64,000 nt of DNA. It comes from the human T2T-CHM13v2.0 reference genome, Homo sapiens. The stretch lies in the NCBI RefSeq assembly GCF_009914755.1, contig NC_060931.1; one strand, written 5' to 3'. A model generated the notes under the pieces. It had not been told where the DNA came from and made no database searches. It worked only from the letters and a program-made list of their open reading frames with translations. Each line of letters opens with the position of its first letter. Position 1 is the stretch's first letter. Position numbers and translations under genes: made by a program. Of the stretch, positions 37,951 through 54,000 are shown one piece after another.

Positions 37951-40900
37951 CTGCTTTTGCTGTATACCAGAGGTTTTGATTACTTGTGTCACTATTATCA
38001 TTCATTTCAAATAACTTTTGAATTTCCACCTTGATTTCATCATGAAACCAAAAATCATCAAGGAGAAGTTTGTTTAATTTTCCTGTATATGTATAGTTTT
38101 GAGGGTTCCTTTTGGGGTTGATTTCTAGTTTTATTCCACTCTTGTGTGAGAAGACACTTGATATGAGTTTAATTTTTAAAAGTTTATTGAGATTTGTTTT
38201 GTGACCTATCATATAGTCTGTCTTGGAGAATGTTCTACGTTCTGATGAGAAGAATGTATATTCTGCAGTTCTTGGGTAGAATGTTCTGTAAATATCTATT
38301 AGGTCCATTTGTTCTGGAATGTAGTTGAAGCCCATTATTTCTTTGCTAACTTTCTGTCTTGATGGTCTGTCTAGTGCTATTTAAGATTGTGATATCTTCT
38401 TGTTGGACTGATCCTTTTATCATTATATAATGACTTTCTTTGTCTTTTTTTACTGTTGTTGTTTTAAAGTTTGTTTTATCTGATAAAAGAATAGCTACTC
38501 CTGCTCACTTTTGGTCTCCATTTGTGAGCAGGAGTAGCTATTTTCCTGCTTTTTCCACCCTTTTACCTTGAGTTTATAGGAATTCTTACATGTTAGTTGA
38601 ATCTCTTGAAGACGGCAGATATTTGGTTTGTGATTCTTTATCCATTCTGTCAGTCTACACATTTTAAGTGGAGCATTTAGGTCATTTATATTTAACATTA
38701 ATATTGACATGTGAGATATTGTTCCATTTATCATGTTAAATTTTGTCTAGATGCTTTGTTTTTTTATCATGTCTTTTTTTATAGGCATTGTGAGTTTAAT
38801 GCTTTCAAGAGATTCCATTTTTGTGTATATCAAGCTTTTGTTTCAAGATTTAGAACTCCTCTTATCATTCCTTGTAGGAATGACCTGGTAATAAATTTCC
38901 TCAGCATTTCTTTGTCTGAAAATGACTTTATATCTCCTTTGTTTATGAAAGTTGGTTTGGCTGGCTACAAAATTCCTGGCTGACAGTTATTCTGTTTAGG
39001 GAGGCTAACAATAGGACTCCTATCCCTTCTGGCTTGTAAGGTTTCTGCTGAGAAGTCTGCTGTTAGTCTCTGATATGTTTTACTTTATAGGTTACCTGAT
39101 GATTTTGTCTCACGGCTTTTAGACTTATTTCCTTCATGTTGACTTTTTATAGCCTGTTGACTATGTCTTGGTGATCATCTTTTTCTAATGAGTCTCACAG
39201 GAGTTCTTTGAGCTTCTTATATTTGAATATCTAAATCTCTAGCAAGATCAGGGAAGTTTTCCTCAATTATTCACTCAAATAAGTTTTCCAAACTTTTTGC
39301 TTTTTCTTCTCCCTCAGTAACACCAATTAATTTTAGGTTTAACCATTTTACATAATCTCACATTTGTTGGAAACTTTGCTCCTTTCTTTTGATTCTTTTA
39401 ATTTTTGTCTGATTGGGTCAATTCAAAAGTCTTTTCTTCTAGCTCAGAAATTCTTTCTTCTACTTGTTTTAGTTTATTGTTGAAACTTTCCACTGCATTT
39501 TGTAATTTCCTATGTCTTTCATTTCTGGAATTTCTGATTGGTTTTGCTTTAAGATATCTATCTCTTTTGCAAATTTTTCATTCATATCTTGAATTTTTTT
39601 TTTAAAAAGTAGGTTTTCACTTTCTTTTGTTATCCCCTTGAGTAGCTTAACAATCAACCTTAAAAATTCTTTATCTGGTATTTCAAATATTTCATTTTGG
39701 TTTGTATTTATTGCTGCAGGGCTGGTGTAATCTTTTGGGGTTGTTATAGAACCCTTTCTTGTCATATTACTAAAATTATTTTTTCTGATTTCTTCTTACA
39801 TGTGTAGACTATTTCTTCTAATTAGTCTGAATGTATTTTGTATTTAATTGCGGGTTTTAAAAATTTTCTTGTCCCCACCCCCAAGAATGTGACTTTCATA
39901 TTTATAGTTTATTGTAGCCTAATTTGGCTCTTGGTTCCTTCAGGGGTGAAGACTCTATATAAGTTCCTTGGTTATAGAGAGTTTTCGTATGATGGATGAT
40001 GATTGTAGTAACAATGTGCTCAGTGTATGAACAAGTTCACTGTTTTCTATAGGGTTGCAATGGCAGAAATCTCTTGAAGCTTAACTCATTCCCCTATTTT
40101 GTGTACTTATTAATTTATTTATTTGTTCCCCAGTATTTTATTTACTGGGTTGACTATTTCAGGCCAATAAGGGGTATGTCCATGGGTAAAAACTGGCTAT
40201 GGCTAAAGTAGATGGGTAAATGCAATACCCAATGGTGGGCAGAGGTCCCAGCCTTGACAGAGGTGGCTAGGGAAGCTCTCAGCAAAATGCACTGAGGTCT
40301 TTTAAGAGGGAAGGACTGGATCTACCTCAGCTTCCCTACCAGGGCAGCAGAAAAGCTATCCATCACCTAGACACACTCTTCACCTAGTGTTCCAGCTATT
40401 CAGATTAGACAGTCACATATTTTTATCTGCAGGAATGTTGATGTTCCAAGTAGAGAGGAATTGTGACTCTACCTCTCATGCAAAGCAACCTGCATTTGGA
40501 GGTTGCTCCTTCTGTGGGGATGATGTCACCCTGAAGGGTTCCAGAAAGGCTGTCTCTAAGTGCACCCATGCTGAGCTCTTGGAAAAAACCACAGCTGTGT
40601 CCACAGTGGTGGATAAGGGAGAAAAAAGTTTCCTTCTCCAAGACCCTTCACAAGCACCAGGACTGCCTGAGTGTTGGGGTAGAGCTCCTGGGCTGCAGAC
40701 ATTCCCCACTGAGCCTGGCACTGCAACTATGCCTCTCCTGAAAGAAACTTCCCACCAGGAGAAAGATCTGGGACTCAAGTCCTGCTGTTTGGATTATTTT
40801 GTCCCAGGCATGTTCCCTTGATGTGGTACCCTCCCCATTCCTCTAGGAGTGGGAATCCCTGAGAGCCCTACTACTGTGAATGCCATTGCTCCCCTGAGTC

Positions 40901-42402
40901 TAGCTACCCAGTGAAGTTGCCATACTCCAGGCTAGTCCTGGGGAATGTCTACAAGGGATGTGGTGATGTACATGTCCTTAATATCCCCCAGCAACTGGTA
41001 CCAGCACCAGCCCTAAAGGTGGTGGCAGGGGAGTGACAGAGACTGTGAGACTCCTTGGTTATAGGTAGCCTTAGTGTGCTGGCTTTCTCAGTTGTGCGTT
41101 GTAGTGGTGATGAACTGGTCATGTGGACAGACTCAGGACCTCCTGGTTGGCCAGGGTGATGCAGGCAATGGCGATAGCAGAAGTTGCACATGAGTTTTCT
41201 TCTTTCTGGGAACAGTGTTATTCTACTTGAAGATGCTATAATGGACTACACAGTCCATTTGGTTGGCTGGTTGGCCTCCAGCCAGGAGGTGGTACTTACA
41301 AAAGAACACAAGCTACAATGATAGTTATGGGATTTCTGGTTGCCTTATGTTACCCTGGGGAGGTACTCTGGTTTCTCAGGTGATGAGCAGGGCTATAAAG
41401 CTCCCGAAAGATTCTATCCTTTGTGTTAAGCTACCATGGTGGTTAGAGGGGCAAAGCCAGATGGGGGCTGGGTCAGGCAGGTTTGTACCCTGGCTCTCTG
41501 CCTGTGGGGCAATCAGCAACTCCTATGGGAGTTACAAGGCAGTTATCTGACCACTGTCGTAATGTTTTATAGAGGAACATAGCTGCTTCTGCTGAACAGA
41601 AGAGTTCATGCAGGCAGTTTGTAGTAGCAGGTGGCAGTAAGCCTCACCCAGCTCCCAGATACTTGACAAGGCAGGTCTCACACCAGTAGTTTTCCACCTG
41701 CAGCAGAAAGCTAAGTTGCAGGCTGTCTACACTCATAATTCACAACTGCCCAGGCCATAAACTTTCTTCACAGAGATAGCAACCACAGGTTTCAGGCCAT
41801 GCCCCTCCCAATCCACCCACACAGCTAGGACACCCAGCTCCTGGCTGCAGCATACTTCCCTCCCACTCATTCCTTGGTTCTGGCCAAGGGAGTGCTCTCC
41901 ATTCAAGGCTATACTGTGGAATTCAGCTGGGGACTTTTTTCAACCTGTGATTGCTGTCTGAGTTAGTTGGGAGACATTTATGAGGTTCCTGTGAGGCATA
42001 ATAAGGAATGGCTTCTCTTGGTCTATGTTGGACACTGGAAATGCATGTGAGGCTCTTCCTGCTGCCACTTCCACTTTTAGATTCCTCACCACTCTCTAAA
42101 TCAGTTCTAGTGCTGGGTAGGGCTTTCCCCCATGGCCTGGTTTTCCAGGTTCTCCTTTGAGGGTGTATATCCTGGAGGCAGTCTCTCCCTCTCTCAAACT
42201 CTGGGACTTACAGTTTTTCTCCCGGCTCAAGATATAGGCGAAGCCTGCAACTTCTTTCAAAGTGTCTCTGGATTTCAGTTTTCCTGTTATGTTCCTGCAT
42301 TGCTTCTTGGAACAAAAGTTCACAGTTAAATATCTAAAACCTACTTTTTCTTCCCAAGTGGGAGAGGCCTGCTGACGCTCCCTCTAATCCAACATCTTGG
42401 AC
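37951..42402 (-). mobile_element. Old L1PB-like element, 5' half (5'UTR, ORF1, start of ORF2)
   Basis: EN remnants 37922-38335 and 38495-38734; ORF1 remnant 39469-39765; long 5'UTR ending CATCTTGG at ~42400. Confidence 0.8.
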
Positions 42403-42479
42403 TGGCAAAGAGTTAAGGCCTTAATGACGTAGGTAAATGTAACAATCTTTTAATTTGTGTTTATTTCTTGTTAAGTTCT

Positions 42480-42730
42480 TTCAAAATATTTACCTACTGA
42501 TTGATCAAAAACTATTCTACATTACTTGTTAAGCTTTATTATTTTTTCTTTACTATATTGCTATAACCAATGTGGAATTGCTATTTGTGTATGGTGTGTG
42601 ATAAAGAGCATTTTATAATCATCTATATATATAGATATCCAACATGACAGCATCATTTAATGAAAAATGTCCTTTTTTTACTGCTCTGCAGTGACTTTTT
42701 TTACACAAATCTATATTTATGCATAATGTA
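42480..42730 (-). mobile_element. Old L1M(E) fragment
   Basis: GGAATTG...TTTGTGTATGGTGTG...GATATCCAA...CAGCATCATTTAATGAAAA. Confidence 0.55.
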
Positions 42731-43432
42731 AATTTTCTTTTTTTTTATTATACTTTAAGTTTTAGGGTACATGTGCACAATGTGCAGGTTAGTTACGTAT
42801 GTATACATGTGCCATGTTGGTGTGCTGAACTCATTAACTTGTCATTTAATATTAGGTATATCTCCCAATGCTATCCCTCCCCTCTCCCCCGACCCCAGAA
42901 CAGGCCCCAGTGTGTGATGTTCCCTTTCCTGTGTCCATGTGTTCTCATTGTTCAGTTCCCACCTATGAGTGAGAACATGCAGCATTTGGTTTTTTGTCCT
43001 TGCGATAGTTTGCTGAGAATGATGGTTTCTTCCAGCTTCATCCATGTCCCTACAAAGGACATGAACTCATCATTTTTTATGCCTGCATAGTATTCCATGC
43101 TGTATATGTGTCACATTTTCTTAATCCAGTCTATCATTGTTGGACTTTTGGGTTGGTTCCAAGTCTTTGTTATTGTGAATAGTGCTGCAATAAACATACA
43201 TGTGCATGTGTCTTTATAGCAGCATGATTTATAATCCTTTGGGGATATACCCAGTAATGGGATGGCTGGGTCAAATGGTATTTCCAGTTCTAGATCCCTG
43301 AGGAATCACCACACTGACTTCCACAATGGTTGAACTAGTTTACAGTCCCACCAACAGTGTAAAAGTGTTCCTATTTCTCCACATCCTCTCCAGCACCTGT
43401 TGTTTCCTGCCTTTTTAATGATCGCCATTCTA

Positions 43433-44112
<680 letters not shown>

Positions 44113-44208
44113 TCATACTGTTTTGGATTCTGTAGCCTTGTAGTATAGATTGAAGTCAGGTAGCATGATGCCTCCAGCTTTGTTCTTTTGGCTTAAGATT
44201 GACTTGGC

Positions 44209-45928
<1,720 letters not shown>

Positions 45929-46314
45929 TCATAGATAGCTCCTATTTTGTTGAGATACGTCCCATCAATACCTAATTTATCAAGAGTTTTTAGCATGAAG
46001 GTTGTTGAATTTTGTGAAAGGCTTTTTCTGCATCTATTGAGATAATCATTTGGTTTTTGTTGTAGGCTCTGTTTATATGCTGGATTACATTTATTGATTT
46101 GCATATGTTGAACAAGCCTTGCATCCCAGGGATGAAGCCCACTTGATCATGGTGGATAAGCATTTCGATGTGCTGCTGGATTCAGTTTGCCAGTATTTTA
46201 TTGAGAATTTTTGTATCGATTTTCCTCACGGATATTCGTCTAAAATCCTCTTTTTTTGTTGGGTCTCTGCCAGTCTGTTGTGTCAAGATGATGCTGGCCT
46301 CATAAGATGAGTTA

Positions 46315-47020
<706 letters not shown>

Positions 47021-49009
47021 TTATTTCTGCCTTCATTTCGTTATGTACCCAGTAGTCATTCAGGAGCAGGTTGTTCAGTTTCCATGTAGTTGAGTGGTTT
47101 TGAGTGAATTTCTTAATCCTGAGTTCTAGTCTGATTGCACTGTGGTCTGAGAGACAGTTTGTTATAATTTCTGTTCTTTTAATTTGCTGAGGAGTGCTTT
47201 ACTTCCAACTATGTGGTCAGTTTTGGAATAGGTGTGGTGTGGTGCTGAAAAAAATGTATATTCTGTTGATTTGGGTTGGAGAGCTCTGTAGATGTCTATT
47301 AGGTCCACTTGGTGCAGAGCTGAGTTCAATTCCTGGATATCCTTGTTAACTTTCTGTCTCATTGATCTGTCTAATGTTGACAGTGGTGTGTTAAATTCTC
47401 CCATTATTATTGTGTGGGAGTCTAAGTCTCTTTCTAGGTCTCTAAGGACTTGCTTTATGAATCTGGGTGGTCCTGTATTGGGTGCATATACATTTAGGAT
47501 AGTTGGCTCTTCTTGTTGAATTGATCCCTTTACCATTATGTAATGGCCTTCTTTGTCTCTTTTGATCTTTGTTGGTTTAAAATCTGTTTTATCAGAGACT
47601 AGGATTGCAAGCCCTGCCTTTTTTTATTTTCCATTTGCTTGGCAGATCTTCCTCCATCCCTTTATTTTGAGCTTATGTGTGTCTCTGCCCATGAGATGGG
47701 TTTCCTGAATGCAGCACATTGATGGGTCTTGACTCTTTATCCAATTTGCCAGTCTGTGTCTTTTAACTGGAGCATTTAGCCCATTTACGTTTAAGGTTAA
47801 TGTTGTTTTGTGTGAATTTGATCCTGTCATTATGATCTTAGCTGGTTATTTTGCCCATTAATTGATGCAGTTTCTTCCTAGCCTCGATGGTCTTTACAAT
47901 TTGGCATGTTTTTGCAGTGGCTGGTACCGGTTGTTCCTTTCTATGTTTAGTGCTTCCTTCAGGAGCTCTTTTAGGGCAGGTCTGATGGTGACAAAATCTC
48001 TCAGCATTTGCTTGTCTGTAATGGATTTTATTTCTCCTTCACTTATGAAGCTTAGTTTGGCTGGATATGAAATTCTTGGTTGAAAATTCTTTTCTTTAAG
48101 AATGTTGAATACTGGCCCCCACTCTCTTCTGGCTTGTAGAGTTTCTGCCTAGAGATCAGCTGTTAGTCTGATGGGCTTCCCTTTGCGGGTAACCCGACCT
48201 TTCTCTCTGGCTACCCTTAACATTTTTTCCTTCATTTCAACTTTGGTGAACCTGACAACTATGTGTCTGGGAGTTGCTCTTCTCAAGGAGCATCTTTGTG
48301 GCATTCTCTGTATTTCCTGAATTTGAATGTTGGCCTGCCTTGCTAGATTGGGGAAGTTCTCCTGGATAATATCCTGCAGAGTGTTTTCCAACTTGGTTCC
48401 ATTCTCCCCATCACTTTCAGGTACACCAATCAGGCATAGATTTGGTCTTTTCACACAGTCCCATATTTCTTGGAGGCTTTGTTTGTTTCTTTCTATTCTT
48501 TTTTCTCTAAACTTCTCTTCTCACTTCATTTCATTCATTTCATCTTCCATCACTGATACCCTTTCTTCCAGTTGATCAAATCGGCTACTGAGTCTTGTGC
48601 ATTCATCACGTAGTTCTTGCGCCATGGTTTTCAACTCTATCAGGTCCTTTAAGGACTTCTCTGCATTGGTTATTCTAGTTAGCCATTCATCTAATCTTTT
48701 TTCAAGGTTTTCAACTTCTTTGCCATGGGTTTGAACTTCCTCCTTTAGCTTGGAGTAGTTTGATCATCTGAAGCCCTCTTCTCTCAATTCGTCAAAGTCA
48801 TTCCCTGTCCAGCTTTGTGCATTCCTTTGGAGGAGGAGAGGCTCTCTGATTTTTAGAATTTTCAGTTTTTCTGCTCATTTTTTCCCCATCTTTGTGGTTA
48901 CATCTACCTTTGGTCTTTGATAATGGTGACATACAGATGGGGTTTTGGTGTGTATGTCCTTTCCGTTTGTTAGTTTTCCTTCTAACAGTCAGGACCCTCA
49001 GCTGCAGGT

Positions 49010-49917
49010 CTGTTGGAGTTTGCTAGAGGTCCACTCCAGACCCTGTTTGCCTTGGTATCAGCAGCAGAGGCTGCGGAACAGCAGATATTGGTGAACAGCA
49101 AATGTTGCTGCCTGATCGTTCCTCTCGAAGTTTTGTCTCAGAGGAGTACCCGGCCATGTGAGGTGTCAGTCTGCCCCTACTGGGGAGTGCCTCCCAGTTA
49201 GGCTACTCGGGGGTCAGGGACCCACTTGAGGAGGCAGTCTTTCTGTTCTCAGATCTCCAGCTGTGTGCTGGGAGAACCACTATTCTCTTCAAAGCTGTCA
49301 GACAGGGACATTTAAGTCTGCAGAGGTTTCTGCTGCCTTTTGTTTGGCTATGCCCTGTCCCCAGAGGTGGAGTCTACAGAGGCAGGCAGGCCTCCTTGAG
49401 CTGCGGTGGGCTTCACCCAGATCGAGCTTCCTGGCCGCTTTCTTTACCTACTCAAGCCTCGGCAACAGCAGGCGCCCCTCCCCTAGCCTCGCTGCCACCT
49501 TGCAGTTTGAAATCAGACTGCTGTGCTAGCAATGAGCGAGGCTCCGTGGGTGTATGACCCTCTGAGCCATGTGCAGGATATAATCTCCTGGTGTGCCGTT
49601 TGCTAAGACTGTCAGAAAAGCGCAATATTAGGGTGGGAGTGATCCAATTTTCCAGGTGCCATCTGTCACCCCTTTCCTTGGCTAGGAAAGGGAATTCCCT
49701 GACCCCTTGCACTTCCCGGGTGAGGTGATGCCTCGCCCTGCTTTGGTTCAGGCCCGGTGCACTGCACCCACTGTCCTGCACCCACTGTCTGACAATCCCC
49801 AGTGAGATGCACCAAGTACCTCAGTTGGAAATGCAGAAATCATTCATCTTCTGCATTGCTCATGCTGGGAGCTGTAGACTGGAGCTGCTCCTATTCGACC
49901 ATCTTGGCTCCACCCCC
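49010..49917 (-). promoter_or_regulatory. L1 5'UTR of copy D (sense and antisense promoter region, CpG-decayed)
   Basis: L1PA 5'UTR sequence; YY1-like CAAGATGGTCG; retains the ~129-bp segment that is absent from L1HS. Confidence 0.7.
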
Positions 49918-49918
49918 T

Positions 49919-50600
49919 GGAGAAATCTTCTATGCAGAAAAATTCCAAATGCATACTCCCTCTTCTTAAGTGTGGGCTGACCATGGTGACTTCTTTCAAA
50001 GAGTACGATATAGAAAATTAATTGTTTTTAAAATGTTACTATGCAGAGAAGAGAACTGACAAGAACTGCTTCAAGCTAGGTGATAAAGTTTAGCACCAGC
50101 AATCATGAATCATATTGATAAGAGGTATTCTTGATACAATGTGATGAAGATGACATTTTTTTCTCTGTTCTTCCTCCAATAAACACATTAGCCCAGTGTA
50201 ATCATGAGAAAAACATCAGACAAATTTCATTGTAGGGACATTCTACAAAATACCTGACCATTACTCCTCAAAACTGTCAAAGTAATCAAATACAAGAAAA
50301 GTCTGAGAAATTGTCATAGTCAAGAGAAGCTTAATGACACATGATGACTAAATGTTATGTGGCATCCTAGGTGGGACCCTATAACAGAAAAAGGACATTG
50401 TGAAAAAGGCTGAGGAAATCTGAATAAAGTAAGGAATTTTAATTAAAATTAAATAGCAGTCCATTAGTTGTGACAAATGTATCATCCTTATATAAGATGT
50501 TACTACTGGGGGAAGTTGGTATAGGGTATATGGAAACTCTCTCTACTATCTTTACAATAATTTTGCAAATCAAACCTTTTTTAAAAAAATTAATAAAAAA
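49919..50600 (+). mobile_element. L1MC/MD 3' region, right half of the host of the 18-kb block
   Basis: GGAGAAATCTTCTATGCAGAAAAATTCCAAAT...CTTAAGTGTGGGCTG...GGAAACTCTCT continues the element at 31265-31677. Confidence 0.8.
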
Positions 50601-50654
50601 CAAAAAACAGAGTAACTGGGAGAGTGAGCAATAGGACATACTATTAATGTTGAG

Positions 50655-51080
50655 TCGTCAAGAAGGTCCTTGACAATAGGGTGGCGTTTGAACAAAGTGC
50701 TTAGAGGAACCAATGGACGGTTATTAGTGAACAAGCACACAAAATCTGAGTTACATTTTCAGGAAGACACTCACACAGCTGATGGGAGGAGGTGGCAGAA
50801 GGGGTAGGACCACAGGGTTTACAGCAGGGCACCCAGTGAGGAGGTTACTTGGATAATCCAAACAAGAGATAGCATCAGCCTGCACCAAGGTAGTGACTTT
50901 AGTGGTAAGAAGAAATTCTCAGATTTTTAGTGTATTTGAAGGTAAAACCAACAGGCTTTGCTTATGTTTTGGATATAGAATGTGAGGGAAGAGTCAAGGA
51001 TGACTCAATAGATAATTGAGCCAAACAATTGGTGAATGGGTGTTTTCTGGCCTGAGATGAGGAGCATGCCCAGAGAAGCT
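50655..51080 (-). mobile_element. L2 fragment
   Basis: TATTTGAAGGTAAAACCAACAGG...GAAGAGTCAAGGATGACTC. Confidence 0.7.
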
Positions 51081-54000
51081 CTTTGGAATGGAGATTATTA
51101 GAATATAAAAGGAAGGCTGATTTGCACCAGAAGTTGAGGAGCCTTTCTGATCATGAACATAAGGAACGAACCCATAAAGTAAAATATTGATATCTTTGAC
51201 TAGTTAAATTAAAAATTAATATTGGACCCCCCCATTGAAAGGTAAACAAATTGTAAAACATTTGCAACACTTTGATAGAAGCAAAATCTTGCATTCCCCC
51301 CATAATCCATGTTTTTTTTTTCTTTTTCTTTTATACACCTTTGTTTTCTTAGGATTGCACTGTTTCACCCAGTGCTGACAAATGAGATTTTGTACAGAGG
51401 CTTGAGACCACAGGCTCTCCTAATTTGTAGCTGCTTGTGAGAGAATCTCAGAACAGACAGGACAGAAAAAAGAGTTGTTGATTCTGCTGGTTGAAATAGG
51501 ATTTTAAATAATGAAAGCACACTGAAAGAAAAAATTTAATAGAATTTAAAAAATGAAGCATTACATATATAAGACTATTCTTTTTCAGCATGTAATAATC
51601 ATAAAATACTTATCCTTGAATCGTTAATCTTTAAGGGAATTTTCCCCTTAATCATGATGAGTAATATTCAAATTTATAAATTTGTGTATATATTAGAAGA
51701 TATATAGATGACAGTTTTTCTTCTCTAATTAAGAGAATCTTATCTTTTCTTCTCCTCCATTATGACAAGAAAAGAAATAAATTGATGCTGCCTTGTTTTA
51801 AAATAATAGGTATGCATGATGATTGTCACATCATCTGTGTCGCATAAGGAATTAATAGCTTCAGACACATCGTTCTACTTTAGAACATTCTATTTATAAG
51901 GAATAACATGAAGGGATTTTTAAGATTACTGGCTTTTATTGACCTTTGATTCCATAGAGAGTAATCCAAATAACATTTCTATACATATGGAATCTATGAT
52001 ATGGGAGTAATATGTAGACAGGCTAATTAAACTCTTCTGCTCCTATAAAATATTCCTGATACTCTGGTATCATCCCCTTCTCTCTATAATTTGTTTCTAA
52101 ATTACCTAATAATCTTTTGAATGAAGGCTGGCTACAATGTTAAAAGTTAGAACTGCTTGCAAAGTATATATGTAAATGACAGAGAAAGCCCAGGATGGGT
52201 GAGTTTGAGAATTGTATACAACTGCTGTTTTGTTCTTGAGCTCTTTTCCTATTCTACAATACTTTTTAAACACCAACATTGTAAGAGAGAAGATTGAGGT
52301 CAGTAGAGCATGAGGAAAAACAAAAGACCACCTAGTTCTCTGGTTGCTATACTTCTAGGACACCTCTATTTTGGCAAAAAGCTCTGTGCACTCGAGCTGT
52401 CTAATTCACAAGCTCTATATTGGAATCTGCAGCCAAAGCCCAGCTGTGTTTTAAAAAAAGGATCATGTTCTTGTCTTTGTCTTGTGTACATGCATTTTCT
52501 TTCTGAGAACAAGGATGATGAAATTCATGTCCTCTTGAGTTGTAAAATGCTTTTTTTACATCACTCTTTTCTTTTATGTTAAAAAAAGCCCTATGCATAA
52601 ATTTACTCTGTGATTCCATTGAAAATACAGTGTATAATCTCTGACTCACCGTCACCCACTATTTAAGAGAAGCTCAGCTGAAACATGCTTTTCGAAGACA
52701 AGGTTTTGAAAGAAAGTTCAACCCATCTGCACTTGCACTATATCCTAAAATTTGCTTTTTTACATACCTGTCTTTAGAGACCAAAAGCAATATGGGCAAT
52801 TTGAGAAAACTACATAGACCTTCTGCAAAATTAATTTTATGGAATTACATTTTAACTTGTTTCCAGCACTCCATATTCGTGATTTTTAAAAGAAACCACC
52901 CAATAAAAACTGCTTGTATCAATAATAAATATGTATAATCATTTTTAGCTTCTTTAGAAAGATTGCCTTCTAAGAATTCCTATTGAATTTCTGTCTCTGG
53001 CATCACAAATGATATTGTCATAAAGTTGCCCTGTGCCATTTGTTGCTTGCTAGCAAGTTTAGAACCAAATTAATGTCCATTTGGTTAACGGGCTCATTAG
53101 GCCTAATTTCTAAATTGACTGTGCCTTTTCACTTTTAATATACAGTAGAGGTCATTTTTGGTGTTCAGTAGAGGTTGATGAAATGACCAATTTCTTGATG
53201 AAATTGTATGCTATTATGTGTAGGTGTGCACATGTGTGAGACAACATGTTAATATGTATAAAAATTCTTAAAAATGTTCATGCACTTTGATTCAATAATT
53301 TAATATCTCAAGACACAGCCTAAGTGTATAATTGAATATGCACAGGATAATTTATGAACCATGATTAATTTCATATTATTGAAAGTTGTTAAAACTGTAA
53401 AATAGCATCACAATCCAGTAAGAGGAGAATTCTTAGTTAAATTCTGTGCAAAACTAGCTCTTGTGATATATATAAACACAGGGGAAAGTTCTCATGCTAT
53501 GTTGTTGTATGAATAAAGCTGAATATAGACATGAAATTACAATGTACTGTGAGAGCCATGTGTATTTTAAAGGAAGAAAAACTGAAAAGCTCTAAACAAA
53601 ATGTTTTCAGAGGTTCTCTGAGTGAAGGGATTTTGGATAAAAATGTTGGCTTATTATATTTTCTTTATTTTCTAACCTTTCCAAAATAAATGTGTGTTAT
53701 ATTTTATAAACAGAAATAAGAGTATATTTAAATGATAATTTTGCAGGGACAAAGAAAAAGAAAGAAAGAAAACAAAAGAATAAAACAAGTATTTGGCAGT
53801 TATCTCATGTATTGAATGATTACATTGCTACACAACAGTCATAAATTATTTATGAATTTTTAGTATATTTTACAAATTTCCCACTTGCTAAAACATTTTC
53901 TGGGAGCTGCACATAGATTCAAAATATAAAATCAATCATAATTAGGAAAATAACCAAGAAGAAAAGACATAGGATTGAAACATTACCATTTGGACAACTG

